DNA of 50,194 nucleotides, the filler included, from Bipalium vagum (taxonomy: Eukaryota), in NCBI GenBank assembly GCA_037834085.1. It is 2 parts of 2 records of this genome, joined end to end, with 100 filler letters (N's around TTAATTAATTAA, not from the genome) between each part and the next. Parts side by side here need not be neighbours in the genome. Positions count along the whole stretch, not along the records: positions 1 to 31,300 come from JBBMKC010254580.1; 1 more part is not named here. One strand, given 5' to 3'. Below the pieces are notes generated by a model. The model worked only from the letters and a program-made list of their open reading frames with translations, was not told the DNA's origin and made no database searches. The position numbers and the translations under genes were made by a program. How positions within the stretch are numbered: position 1 is the first letter of the stretch; each line of letters begins with the position of its first letter. This document shows positions 13,121-26,347 of this stretch, in pieces.

Positions 13121-13888
13121 TATAATAAAATTTCTAGCTTAAAAAACTTTGAAACTAAAACTGTTGGATTTAAATTAATATCTCGAATGAAGTAAATGTT
13201 TTGAGTTGATCGGAATTATATACGGAATTATATATGTATATGTACTTAATGAATATAACTTAAGAAATGTTGGAAAATATTTTCATTCCGCCTTTATCTA
13301 ATCTACAGGTAAATTATAAATTATACTTTTAAATTATATAAATAAATTAATCTACCTATGTTTAAATTATTACTTTAAAATTCTCCAATGATTTTTTATT
13401 TTATAAAATAAGATGTGCCAAAAAATAAAAACTTTACTTTATGTTACCACTTTATAATATTAATATTCCAATGGTCAAATAAATTGAAATAGAAGAACCA
13501 TACAGAGATACTTTTGTTTCGATTGAAACTACATAATAATTATAATTAAATGAAGAATCATTTTATAATTTTTCGTCTGCTTTGCATTGGGTTTTGTATA
13601 AGAAAATGACATTCATATTTGAATCCTTTGGGAATTACCGTTTTTATCTTCTGTTGAAAATTACTCTAAAAACTAAAATTATAAAGATAATCATAAATCA
13701 AGATTTGGAATTAACAAAAAAGTATTTTATTTTTTATAATGAAAAATAAAAACTGTCTAGTTACGTCCAAAATATCAACCATCATATTTAAAACCTAAGA
13801 AAACCAACAGCTTAATTTTGTTTCATAATAATAAGATTAAATGATTTGTTATAAGCAAATTTGAACATATGGAAATTGAAATGACTTA

Positions 13889-15053
13889 CAGGATGCGGAA
13901 GAGGATTTGGATGGTTGCTTAAACCTAAAACTTTAATCAATACCATATATATTTTATAGATTTATTGTGCTTTCCTATTGTTTTATACCAGCTCTAGATA
14001 TTTATAGCAAAAAATAACATATATAGTTGTTTCAGGTTGCAGTGGACAGCTAAACAAAGCGAGTGCTTACTCTGCAGAAGGCCAGAGATGGAAAACTGTT
14101 ATGGAGATCACAAATTACTTGAAAAATCTTCAATCAATGGTTTCAAACTTTCTGAAGCGATGTATAAACTCAAAGGACATAATGGACAAGTCAAGAAGCA
14201 GAAGACCACGTCCAACTTACTCAAAAATCAGAAAATCAATGCACAAAATGGCTCGAGACCTTAAAGTTGATGAGAAGTCAATTAGGAAAAATCTCAAAAA
14301 AGGATAGGAAACTCAAGTCACTTAAATTTCTACTGATATGTCTACTGATACGATAAAAAACAACAGTTAAGAGTTATGGTGCAGCTTCTCGTTTTGAACA
14401 TGCATCATTTGGTTCTTTGGGTACATGAGGTGCCACTTTCGGTTGATCAAAATTTTAATATGCAGCATGACCAGATTTTATCAAAAACTCTTTCCTCCGC
14501 AAATACTAAAGGTCGAATTATTCTAAAACACCTCATCCAAAAATATTGCTGATTTGGTGAGGTGTCGGCTTCGATGGTAAAATCCTTTAGTTTTCGTCAA
14601 TCAATGTCTCAAAATCAACTATCAATATTATTAGAAAGATATTTTAGGTAAGATATTAAATCAATGGGTCCAAAACAGTACTCTGGATGAAACTGGGTGT
14701 AGAGCTGCTTATAGAGCAAGAAAGACTATCGATTGGCTTAAATCTTAGTAGATTGATTTCATTTCTCCCATGTTATAAACCCAATGGACTTTTAGATTTT
14801 GGCAACTTACCTACTTTCAACAAAAGTTTAGATGATTTGAAATCTGAATTATTATTATTATCCCTGGTGAAGTACTTCATGCCACAGTCAATTATCTCAG
14901 AAAACCTTGCATTAAAGAAAATGGTAGATATTTTAAAATAAAATTTGTTTTTATTTTGTTAAGAAGTTAATCATTTGTTAAAATTTGTTCGAAATCTTCG
15001 CTTTTCTTGAGAAATTTGATTTAATGCCCATCCAAAATATTTTCCGCACCCTG
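13889..15053 (+). mobile_element. Degenerate maT/DD37D-like element
   Basis: TIRs caggatgcggaagaggatttggatgg and cagggtgcggaaaatattttggatgg, each with TA. Fragments such as DKSRSRRPR...SMHKMARDLKVDEKSIR are typical of the maT HTH. Confidence 0.85.
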
Positions 15054-17728
15054 TAATTCCTAATTTCTTAATTATTTAGAATTGCTTTGTTACTCATGAT
15101 GATTAATTGAATAAATAATAATATATTAAATATAAATATGATAAAATATCATTTCCTTATTTTTCCTTTTTGTTTTGTATTTACTTTCATTAATCCTACA
15201 TAGAAATAGGATCAATTAATTTGAGTTAACCTATCATTATTAAATATTTATTTGTGAACCAATTTACAATATATTTATAGAAATCACTGTTTACTCAAAG
15301 TAAATTGAAAACAAAAATAAGGGAGTTTTTTTGTTAATAATATTGAATTCTTGAAAATCTGCTAAAAAAATTATTGATATCAAATCAAAAACTTTTTTTC
15401 TAAACTTTTATGAAGTTAATATAAAAGCATTTAAAATCAGAATATCATCACTTGTTTGATCTGAACTTTCAGTTATGTCATTCCACCTTAGAAATGTTGC
15501 TGAAATTTCAGATTACGTAAATGTTTAGATTTCCAAATATATTAGGAATCCATAACCTTTTCATTGTTAAAATTTCTTAAATCAATATAAAAAATGATGC
15601 GATTGTAAATATTTTTCTTTATCTGGCTGAAGTGAAATATGAAAGTAAATAATTCATAATTGTAGATGTTTTCCATTTCTTTCTAAAGAACTAAGGCCAT
15701 TTCCTCTGTCATCAGATTTTCCAAAACGAATATTTCCTCTTATTTTCTTTTAAAATTTTTTTAGTAACCCTAATATTTGACCGTATTTTCGGTTTGCAAT
15801 AAGTGGGTCTAGTATGGTTGATTAATGTAAAGGATAAAAAACTAAAATGGCGCATTTTTTATTGATAATATCTATTCATATTATTTTTGTGAATTTTTTT
15901 TCGATGCTTATAACATATTTTCAATCAATTTTTAATGTACTATTAATTTTGAATTTTCCTCAGAAACCTTTATTTTATTATTATTATTTTATTCTATTAC
16001 TTTTGTTAACACATTTTTTATTCAAGCACTTGATGAATATAACTAAATCAATGGAAATTTCTATTAAATAATATAAACTCTAGATTCGTCACTTGGAGTT
16101 AAATAATAGGATAAATAATAAATAATCGTAATGTTGAATTCAATCATTAATGATTATTATGATGACTTTAATTTAATTATCCCCTTTCTGTTCATTATTT
16201 TATTATTATTTACTGGTGTATAGGTTTGATGATGATGGTGGAATAATATTACTTTTATTAAAGTTTTTTGAGTAGATTCTTCAATATTTTTCCTTTATTA
16301 TATTATATTATTGTTGCAGTGTTTTAGACAAAAATAATTTTTATTTTTAAAACTTTAATCATTTCTTATTTTAGTTGATGCATTGTATATCTCTAGTACA
16401 ATCTGAAATATATATGAATTAATTTTGGTATAAAATCGATTAGAAAGTATGAAAATCAATTCTACTTGATATGTATTTCAATTTGATTCAAACTTTTGTT
16501 CAGGGTAATTGAAGAAGTTTCAGTATTACCAAAAATCTGTATGTATAAAATAAAATTAGGCAAAAATATCTAGTAAAAGTTAGACTTAAAATCATGGATT
16601 CATTGTTAAATAATCTCAAAATCGAACATTGTCAAATATGTAAACATCACTTGATACCTTAAAATCAGTTTGTAACTCTTTAAATATTTTATAATTTTAT
16701 CGCAGAATATTTAAGTATTCTCACCTGCAAAAATTGTCAAAAATCATGAATTATTTTCTCTAATTTAATGAAATGAAAAAATCAGTCGATCGTTGGATTT
16801 CTCTGACCAAATCTAACATATTAAATAAGTTAACAATTCAGATCAATCAATATTCAATTTCATAAATATAAAATGAAACATTATCTACTGGAAGTGCTGA
16901 CACCAAAAGAATAATGAATAAAAATTCTCCGATGATTATATATTTTTTGATGATTATATTTTTAAAATTACTTCATAGACTTTATCAACCTCGTATTTGT
17001 AAAACATAAACTGGTTTATCAAAATTATATAATAAATTTGTTTATTTCACTGTTAAAGTCAAAATTGAGTAGGCTGTTTTTACTGAGAAAAAAATTTTCC
17101 GAATTTGCTCTGAAACATGATGACTCTCCTAAATCGAATCACTGGGTTAAGAAAAATAATATAAAAATAACTAATAAGTTTCAAAGAAAATATTGATTTT
17201 TCAATTAAATATTTTTAATTTTATTTTATATATTTATATACATATTATATTTTATATTTATATTTTTTTGGTTTAGCAACGTAACAGTTTTTGTTTTTAA
17301 TACCAAATTACTGAAATGTCGATATAATTTTGAATCAATTTTATTTTTCAATAATTTGCTTATTGTTATTTTTCTTGATATTATAATTTTAAAAACTGTT
17401 CTGAAATTATATAATTATTTTGATTAACATTTTGGAAATTATATAAAAATAAATTTAAAAGTCGTAATAAAGTATTTATTTTAATGATGTGTTATTTTAA
17501 AAATTTGTTAATATAATTATGCAATAAAATTCTCAATTTTTTATTTTATCGTATTTTTCATTTTTTTATAAAATTAATAATATAATTTTGTTGCTAGTCT
17601 TTACAATTTAAAAGTTAATAGTTTACTCTCATTGAAGTAAATACTAACTTTTTCCCCGTGGTCCTTGTGTAAATATTTGATTTTTGCACACAATTTCATG
17701 AACTGATAAATATTTTATTTATTTATAG

Positions 17729-17946
17729 ATCTCAAAAAAAACCAAACTAATTCTAATCGTCATCATTTAAGCTTAAAAACTCGACTTAACATTCGTCGGG
17801 AAGTATCAGCTATTGTGATAAATGAGAGCCGTAAGCTTCGACAAGATATCGATTCCTTAAGTTCGGAGATCAAAATTTTAAAATCCGTAATGCTGGAATG
17901 CACAAAGCCAACCGTATCAAATTCATGTTCCAATCGTAATTCTTAA
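17729..17946 (+). CDS. Candidate terminal exon encoding a coiled coil (gene unknown)
   Basis: Acceptor ttatttatag, then 72 open codons (D)LKKNQTNSNRHHLSLKTRLNIRREVSAIVINESRKLRQDIDSLSSEIKILKSVMLECTKP...NS*, GC-richer than the flanks. Not in the ORF track. Confidence 0.45.
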
Positions 17947-18618
17947 TAATAGTTCAAAACTGTAATTTATGATCGATTTATCTGAAAATCAAATGGTTAT
18001 TGTTTTGATCGATCTATTTAAAGGGCGTTAAAGGAATTTTATTATTGTGCGTGATTTTTATATAGAAATATTCCCGGATAATTAATTCGATATAGCAAAG
18101 ACATTGTGTAAAAATAGAGTTTTATAGACATGTCTTAAATAGAGTACCAGGTTGAAAATCATTCAATGATTTTAAATACTTTTTGTTTATGTGATCTTGG
18201 AAATAATTTTTTGTAATTTATATGTAAATTTCGGTTCTTTTACATTTTAATTGTTTCTCTATGCTCTTAGTGTTGTAGCTTTGGTTGAATCGTTCTAATT
18301 TTTATAAGTATATTATTTTATTAACAAATCCAATCACTTTTGGTAAACTTTTTTCATATTTTATTTTAAATTATTAAAACAATATTTTAGCGTCAGTTCG
18401 TGATACTGTATAAAATATTAAAATGTTATTATTATAAATAATCTTAAAATAAAATTAATAATATTATCTAAGAGGGTCGTAATAGTTTGAAAATTTCTCT
18501 TGAATATATTATATTTTAATATGGAATCTTTAAAATAATGTTCTCTTAAAAATTAAAAGTCAAAGGTAAATAATATTAAACCATTTTGAGGATAGAAACG
18601 TTAAGATTAAACATATAT

Positions 18619-19330
18619 AAAGTGCGTCACCAATTTGAGAACAAAGTTTGGTTTTCACGTTAAGTAATATTTTTAAAGGAAATTCTAAAAAACTTTCACA
18701 ATTTATGTTAAGCGGATTACTTTAAAAACATCAAATATTTATTCAAAAAATCCGCCTTTAGCACCAATTAATTCTGAAACACTTGCGTGCCTTGATCAAT
18801 TGGTTCTTGTTAATGTTAAGCATAAAATCAAAAATGAATCATTGGTGTTGTGGTGATGTCTCCATCTTAACGACACTTTAAACGAAATAGTACAAGGGAT
18901 TTGATGAGCTATAAGTTGAGAAAATCGTGAAAATTGTCCCTTAATCATTTTTATGTTTTGGTTGATGAACGGATCTAAGTTCAGTTAGAACAATAATTAA
19001 TAGTAAGAATTATTCATCCATTTATATTTGATTAGGGCGTCCCTGCACAATAACTGCTTTTCCGAAACATTGGACATCATTTATAAATATTTTTCGAGAA
19101 AACAAAGTTCTTGAATTCCTTAGATAAGTTGAAAAGTTCATATAAATTTCGATCACTTTTTGCATCCGCATGAATACAGTACATGTTAGACTGACAGTAA
19201 ATTGCATGAAACATTTTTAAAATATATATATATATATCTTAAGTTTTATTCAAGGTGGGTTAATAATATATGTAGATGTAAGTTGTGTTTTGGCAACTTA
19301 ACATATACAGAATGGTTCTAATTCGCGTAA
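18619..19330 (-). mobile_element. Deleted, degraded maT/DD37D-like element
   Basis: Minus strand shows VQGRPN (GRPR-like), a decayed YSxxNPLxYFVW motif and the C-terminus AKGGFFE*. A TIR-like sequence lies at about 18619-18645. Confidence 0.55.
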
Positions 19331-20651
19331 TGTCAAGAAAAAGTTGTAAATAAACATTTTAATATTTAAAGTGACAATGATAAAATAAAATTTAAATAAA
19401 CACCAAATCGATTAATAAACATTGAATCGGATTAAAACGAAAAGTAAATCATAATCATACACTGAATCGAATAATGTAATCGAATTATTAAATAAGATAA
19501 CAATTTTTTTATAAAATAAGTATATTTTTTATAAATATGACAATATGATTTTTAATAATAATTTAAATTTAAGGTAGAACCCGGAGAAGATAAGATAGAA
19601 CACCCTTTGGTAATTGCTCTCAAGGTTCCTGGGTTAAAAATTCAGTTCTCCATCCTACTGGACGTAAAGAACACAAAAAAATACTAAGAGAAAAACAAAA
19701 TATATCAATTATTTAATCTTGAAGAGTTGGGGTTGCTGTCCCAACGTTTAGTATTTATGGATATTTATTATTAACTTATCATTCATAATCAAATTATATT
19801 TTTTAATTTCTGTTTTGTTGTATCATGTTCCTTTATTTGATAATCAATTTACCTGTAATTAGCCGTGAACCCAAATTATTATAATAAATTATTTAGATAT
19901 AACTTTTTATTTGAGATTTATAAGGAAATCTAATTAACAATACTTTAAGCAACTTTCGGTTTCTTTTTCTGAAATACTCTTTATCGGTTGTAGACTGTAA
20001 CTGATTTCTTTAAAGTGGCTTTTCCAAAACTTCGTTGCTTCAAATTCCTCTCTGGCGACATTTGATTAATTTTGTTTGGTTAGAATTTGTTTTCCGTACT
20101 CTTTCTGAATATTTTGCCTATTTTCATACTGAAAAGCTTCAGTATTTTTATTATATTATTTTGTTTATTTTCTAAAGTTAGTTATTTAATGTTACTATTT
20201 CTAGATTGTACTTTAAAAATTTTTACCTTAAATCTTTATTTAGAAACCTTGTGTAAAATTTTGAGGAAATAATTATTTTTAGTGACTTTATGCTACTGAT
20301 TAATTCTTTTCCAATTAATCATCGAAATTCTTATTTTTACTTACATATAATTATAATAATAATTATATAATTTATATATTATTTTTATTTATATATTAAT
20401 AATTTATTTGATACTTATTTTCACATAAGAAAGATGGCTTGAAGGATTTTGGATTACTGTGGGTTTTAACTTTCATAGTTAAAACAATAAATAAAACTAC
20501 AAAAAAAAATATTTCTCATGCATAATAACAAAAAGTTTTTATCAAATTTAAAGGATCAATGTACAATATTTTGTCAAAGAATCAATATTATGATGGATTT
20601 TGTGAAATTTATGGGTTTGATGGTGGCAGTCTCCATATATATATATATATA

Positions 20652-21914
20652 TAGGGTAATCAGAAAAACTCGGACACACATTTTTAACTATAATTTTTTA
20701 ACCAAAAGAAATATAAGAAGAAAATAAGAAAAATAACAATAAATGAATCATTTTGAATTTATACATTCAATTGGTTTCGAAATGTCCACTCTTTTCGCAA
20801 ATACAGATTGCTAGAAGTTTTGTAAAATTTTCAGCAATTGGTCGCAGTTCTTTGGGCGAAAAACAGTCCCATTCTCGAGTCAGAGATTTTTTCAGTGCTT
20901 CCAAATTTTGGTAACGCTTTGCACATACTCTGCTCTCCAAAATATAATGTAGTCCATCGGGTTAAGATCCGAAGAGTATGGCGGCCATTCTTGAGACGTG
21001 ATAAAATCCGGAAAATTGGATTTGCACTAGTCCTGAGTCTTTTTGGCCTTATGGACTAGAGCGGACTCTTGTTGAAATATCCATTCTTCGTTTTTAAAAT
21101 GCTGTTTGAACCAAGGAAGTAATACAGATTTCAATATGTCCCGTCGATATACTTCTTGGTTGAATTTCACCCCCCTTATCCACGAAAATTAGAGGTGTTT
21201 TGCCACTCGTACAGACACCATCCCAGACCATGACAGATTCTGGATTTTGGCGATGTTCTATATTTTTGGAGTTTGCAGTAACTTTTGGTGACCATATGGG
21301 ATTGTTCGATGGTAAATAACTTCTCATATGAGAAAAGAGTTCGCTCCCAGCGCTGACCTGCAGCCCACAGTTTCAGTACCCGATATCTTTGGAGTCTTAC
21401 TCGTCTGTTTTCATCCGTTAAGAGTTGAACTTTTTGGAACTTATAAGTCCTGAGCTGCAGCTCGTTTTTTGCTATCATTCGATCAGATTCACGTTTGACC
21501 CCAGTCTCACGAGTGACTTTTCTCATGGATAGTCTGTGATTTCGTTTGATCCTCTTACTAATGATTTGGCGATTGGAAGAGATATTGATAGTCCGTTTCA
21601 TTCCACCTCCTGGATGCCGACCATTATGGCCAAGTTCTTTGAATCGCGAATGGCATCAGAGACTGTTTGTTTTGGGACATTCAACAATCGACTAATTTCA
21701 CTTTGACTTTTTCCGGAAAGAAAAATTCAAAAATTACCTCACATTTATTTCACATTTAAAAATTACACTAAATATGATCAATATTTAAGCAAAGAAAAAA
21801 TCATAATACTAACACGTGCCTAGATTTCAATAAACGAAAGTTATATTAATAAGACAAAAAAGTCTCTTTCAAGAACACAGCAAACATTTTGTCTGGTTTT
21901 TTTCTGATCACCAT
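20652..21914 (-). mobile_element. Full-length degenerate maT (DD37D, Bmmar1-like) transposon inserted in (TA)n
   Basis: TIRs agggtaatcagaaaaactcggaca and atggtgatcagaaaaaaaccagaca. Motifs SQSEISRLLNVPKQTVSDAI, LFSYEKLFTIEQ, SVMVWDGV and FQQESALVH...WPPYSSDLNPMD, with 37 residues between the last two catalytic positions. Confidence 0.93.
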
Positions 21915-22250
21915 ATATATATGTTCATGTTTAAATTTAATATACAGTCAAGAAAAACTTTGTGAATGTATGAATTTAAAAATTTTGGTAGGTATCTTTT
22001 GATCATAAATTTCTAAGTGTAATTTTCTTCATACCCTTAAAGGTGCAATCAAACCACACCTAGATCCAATGAAATTGCTAAAGAAACCTCGATAAACAAA
22101 AGTTGTTGATTATACTTATAATCAATTATAGATATTCGTATCTGTGATTGAAAATTTCATATTACTAGAAATTATTATGAAATTATTATAAAGAATTGTT
22201 AATAATAATAACAATATTAAATGAAATTTTTAATTTTTATAATTAAAAGT

Positions 22251-22763
22251 TGATATCCATCCCGTCGTGGGGATAATTAATTTTAATTACTCCGAATTTC
22301 TCCCTAACTTTATTTCGGCGTGGAGATAGTGTTAATGGCTATTAGTGAAAATAGCCATCTCTAAGCTTCCAATCTCAACGACTATAAAAAGAGACAGCTA
22401 TTCCCAGAAATTAGCCCAGAGCGAGTTAAATTATATATCGCTGAACACTTACGGAGAAGTACGTCATAAAAATTATTGCGGAAGACTTAGGTGGAGGATC
22501 CATACCATACATTTCGAAGAAGTGCTATTGCCGGCGAAGTATTGTTGCAGATTTATTGTTTCCAGTAATTTTTTTTCTTTGATGATGACCAAGCAGCAAG
22601 ATTATACAAGGGGGCCCAGTGAGTTTGGAAATCCCTAGCTACCTGAAAAGGGCCTAGTGGACGACCGGGGACCCATTATCACTCCGGATGAGAGTATTAT
22701 TATATTTTTGTGTTTTTCTTGTTTTTTTGTTTTATAATACTTCATTAAAGTTCAACATTAACA
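22251..22763. mobile_element. Possible solo LTR or other GC-rich repeat island
   Basis: Sharp GC-rich island starting with TG, containing a TATA-like tataaaaag at about 22383 and attaaa near the end, finishing in CA. No target-site duplication found. Confidence 0.3.
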
Positions 22764-23137
22764 TTGATTTAGTGTATTTTGATTTTAGCAATATTGATTC
22801 GGAATTTTTATCATATACTGTGCGAACCTTTAATTAATTTGGTTATTAACTTTTCAGATATTTGATCTTCCTGCATATAGAACTGAACTGTGTTGTACAA
22901 CGTTGGAATTATTTTGAATAAAAATTTATTGTGATTGTTTTGATTCACTTAGGGTGCGAATAAAGTATTATTATTGGGAATTTCGATTCTATGGAGGTGT
23001 AAAGTTGTGCCACTTGATATTAAAACGAACATAACATCGTATAGTGACGAGTTGTTGATTAGCGAGCAAAAGTTACGGAGTAACATCTTTCATATATTTT
23101 TTTTCATATAATTTTTATATTTTATTTTAGATCTTAT

Positions 23138-23800
23138 ATGCACTTATCAAATAGTGTAAACAAAGAAAGTATAAAAGTATTTCTCATGAGAAACGACTTA
23201 ATATCATTAAAACCCTTGAAAGTGAAAGAAATATACGAAAGAGAGCTGCAGAAACATTCAAAGTTTCTTATTGAAGTGTGGTTAGAATATATAAGGAATA
23301 CTGTAGAGAAGGTAAGATTGTTAAATCTTATGTACCAAGTAAGCAAAATTATTTCTAGAAAGAATAGAATTCATAAAAATATATTAATTGAAGATTGAGA
23401 ATTAACTTTAAACCAAATCAAAGTAAAAATATTAGATGTTTTTACTGTATCCATTTGTGAAGCCACTTTATCGACAGTTTTAATTACTTTTTAAAGGAAA
23501 TCTCCATGATTTCGAATGTTTTTATTACAGAAAAATTAATTCAATTTAGAAAAACTTACAGTAGTTCTATTTTAACAGTAGTCAGTGAAGACAAAAAATA
23601 TTTTCGTCGATGAAAATGGATTTATGATTACAACGAGAAAACATTATGGTATTTCTGAAAAGACAATTTGTATTACTGATATTAAATAGCGGATAAAATG
23701 ATTATTGTATTTATATGGAAAGGGGAATACTTCATTATAAAGTATTAATTGCAGCCGGTAAAACAATTTCCTTTTTGGAATAATTGAAGAAAGTAAGAAA
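23138..23800 (+). pseudogene. Degenerate IS630-like transposase
   Basis: After ORF 23138-23398 come ELTLNQIKVKILDVFTVSICEATLSTVL (winged HTH) and IFVDENGFMITTRKHYGISEK (IS630-type IFIDExGF motif). Confidence 0.7.
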
Positions 23801-24620
23801 GCAAAGGAATAGACTGTCATCAGTTTAATTTTGTTCTTTATTTTTGATACTATATTTTCTAAAAATCATTTTCCGACAGTTTCTTTCATCTGATAATTTC
23901 AATTTTAAAATTTTACAAATTAATTTTTATATATCTATAAAATTATTATAATTTATAGTAAAAAAAAATAATAATTTACATAATACATTTACATTTCTAT
24001 ATCATGAATATTACTTAAATTTTTGAAGGGTTGTATTGCTTACCAAATATTTTTAAAACGGATTTATAAAAATTAAGATGAAATGAATATTTCTACAGTT
24101 TTTACTTTTAGATTATTCTTAATTATTTTCATAATTTTAAGTCAGAATATCTGTGTCATGCATAAATTTTAAAATCGAAAATTTTCACTTCAAAAATTTA
24201 AGAATATAAGGTATTTTATTTAAACAGATTTACATTTACACTAGTTTCATTAAAAATATGAATTATTATTTTATTATTTTAAATAGTAAGAGCTTAGTAG
24301 CATTTTAATATTCATGTAATATACTATTAGTAACATTAATTAACAAAAAAGGAATCAAATTGAATAATCTTAAAACAAATATACAAATATATATAATTAG
24401 AAGAAATTTAAAGATTAATTTATAAATAACAGTTACCATTTTTAACACACGTTTAGTTAATAATTTAAGAAAATTTTAAAAAATGAAAAATGAAATTTTT
24501 TCATAAAATGAAATATTTCCTTAAAACTATATTTATTGTTAAAATAAATAAAAATTTTGTTAAAATGTTTAATATACGTAATATTTGTTTTAAAAAACAA
24601 TATTATATATTTATAAAGTT

Positions 24621-26347
24621 ATGGGCTCTTTTATTGAACAACTTATAAAATTATCTAATAAGCTTAGCTCTCCAGATATTCCTTTAGATAAAGTGATTTA
24701 ATTTTTAAATTAATAATATAATTTTATAATAAAATTTTAGAAATATAAAATTTTAGAAGCCATCACAGAACTTGACTTGTTAATTAGTGATATAAAGGCC
24801 TCGGGTCTTGGTAAAGCTGTAAAAAAATGTAGTAAAAATATAGGAAAACTTGGAACTTTGGCTTCACAAATTGTTGACGATTGGACGGAAATGGTTCTGG
24901 TCTCAACAGAAAATGAAGTTAATTCTGACAAATATGATAAGCAAACAGAAAATTATGAAAAAAAGCAAAAATTAAAAGATATTCCTGAAAAAACAAATAA
25001 AATTGCTAATAAAAATGTAAATAAAATGGAAAGTGATGTTGAAGATAATAGTGACTTAATAAATCAAGTTTCACAAAAGAGACATCAATCTCCAAATGAT
25101 TTTGATGAAGATTATAATTCAGAGGTTTCTGATAATTCAAAAATGGACAACATAAGATCATCAACTAAAGCACATTATGAGAATAACATAATTAAAAAAG
25201 AAAGATACAATGCGGAAACTTATGAAAAAACTAAAGAAATTTCGGAAGTAAAACACAAAAAGCGCATTTATGAAGACAATTCAAAATCTCAAGAAAATTT
25301 TCCTAACAGTCATACCACAAAATATTCTCATAATGTTGATCAGTCTTCGAAACCAAAGCAGTACTCAGAGACCATTATTCCAAAGTCCAGTCATAAAATC
25401 GAAGAAGTACGTCGACCAAAGCCAGATGCAATAAAAGCCAAGAGTAGGAAAACAGATAGTAACAATTTCACATTTGAAAATTTCCTCAAAGACAGTGCAA
25501 TGGCAAAGCCGTTGAAACAAGTCGATAAGAAGCGACATTCCGATGTCGTGAATAACGACAGAGAAGTAAAGAAAATAAAAATGAAATCGCCGGATGAATT
25601 CTCCAATTTTATTAGCAACAAAGTCTTGCCAGAATTGAGTCCGTCTGTGTCAGAAGATGATATAGATGAGCAATCGATTTATAATCGAAGTGATTTCCAG
25701 TACAAAAATCAATTGGTAAATAAGAATTCAAGCAAAAACCTGGAGCCCCAGGAGGACGTGGACTGTACGTCGAAGTACAGTTCAGAAAGAAAAATTTGGG
25801 TTCCCACCAGAAAGACAAGACAGGAAGACTTCGAAGAGGATGATGAAGACGTACTTATGATCAATGGCGTCCCGGAAACTGTGATAGCTCAATATGATTA
25901 CAAGAGGCTGATTGAGTTCGAAGACGGCGACCGAGTAAGCATGATTTGAGACTATCTTCATTTCATGTTAACCGTGTTTTGTATAGAAAATTATGCGTAA
26001 AACGGAATGCTTTTGGGAAAAACTGTTTTTCAAAATTCACAAATGTCATCGAAAAAGGGACGGTGAAAAGTGGCGAGAAGCGTTCTTGAGAGTACAGAAC
26101 GAGACTGATCAAAAGCTGAAAGAATTGTCGGCCCGAGTCAAGAGAAATAACGATGAGAAAACTTCCGGTTAGTGTTTTGAGAAGAAAACTTTTGAAGTGA
26201 AAACTGAATTAAAATTGATAAAATTGTCTTTTTGAGTAAAAGAAATTTAAGGTTAACGCTTTCTTTTTTTCAGCCATCAACAGAGCCAAATTTCTGAATT
26301 GCGTTCCCGGGAAAAACGGTCGACGAGTGATGCCTATGCACCGTTAG
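24621..26347 (+). CDS. ELOA: Elongin A (RNA polymerase II elongation factor subunit), 4 exons, 506 aa
   Basis: Exons 24621-24692, 24741-25934, 25987-26167 and 26274-26347, separated by GT-AG introns of 48, 52 and 106 nt, join in frame (1521 nt). N-terminal TFIIS-N/LW domain KILEAITELDLLISDIKASGLGKAV...LASQIVDDWTEMV; long charged linker; C-terminal Elongin A signature GVPETVI...TECFWEKL...EKWREAFLRVQNETDQKLKEL. Confidence 0.85.

Noticed and set aside
25391-25818. Antisense ORFs over ELOA (also 20838, 28968, 42270 and 42485 over transposases)
   Set aside because: Shadow frames of coding sequence on the opposite strand.
24777-25949. 390-aa ORF taken as a complete single-exon gene
   Set aside because: It is exon 2 of ELOA. 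It starts at a TTG and its end (VSMI*) is read-through into intron 2.
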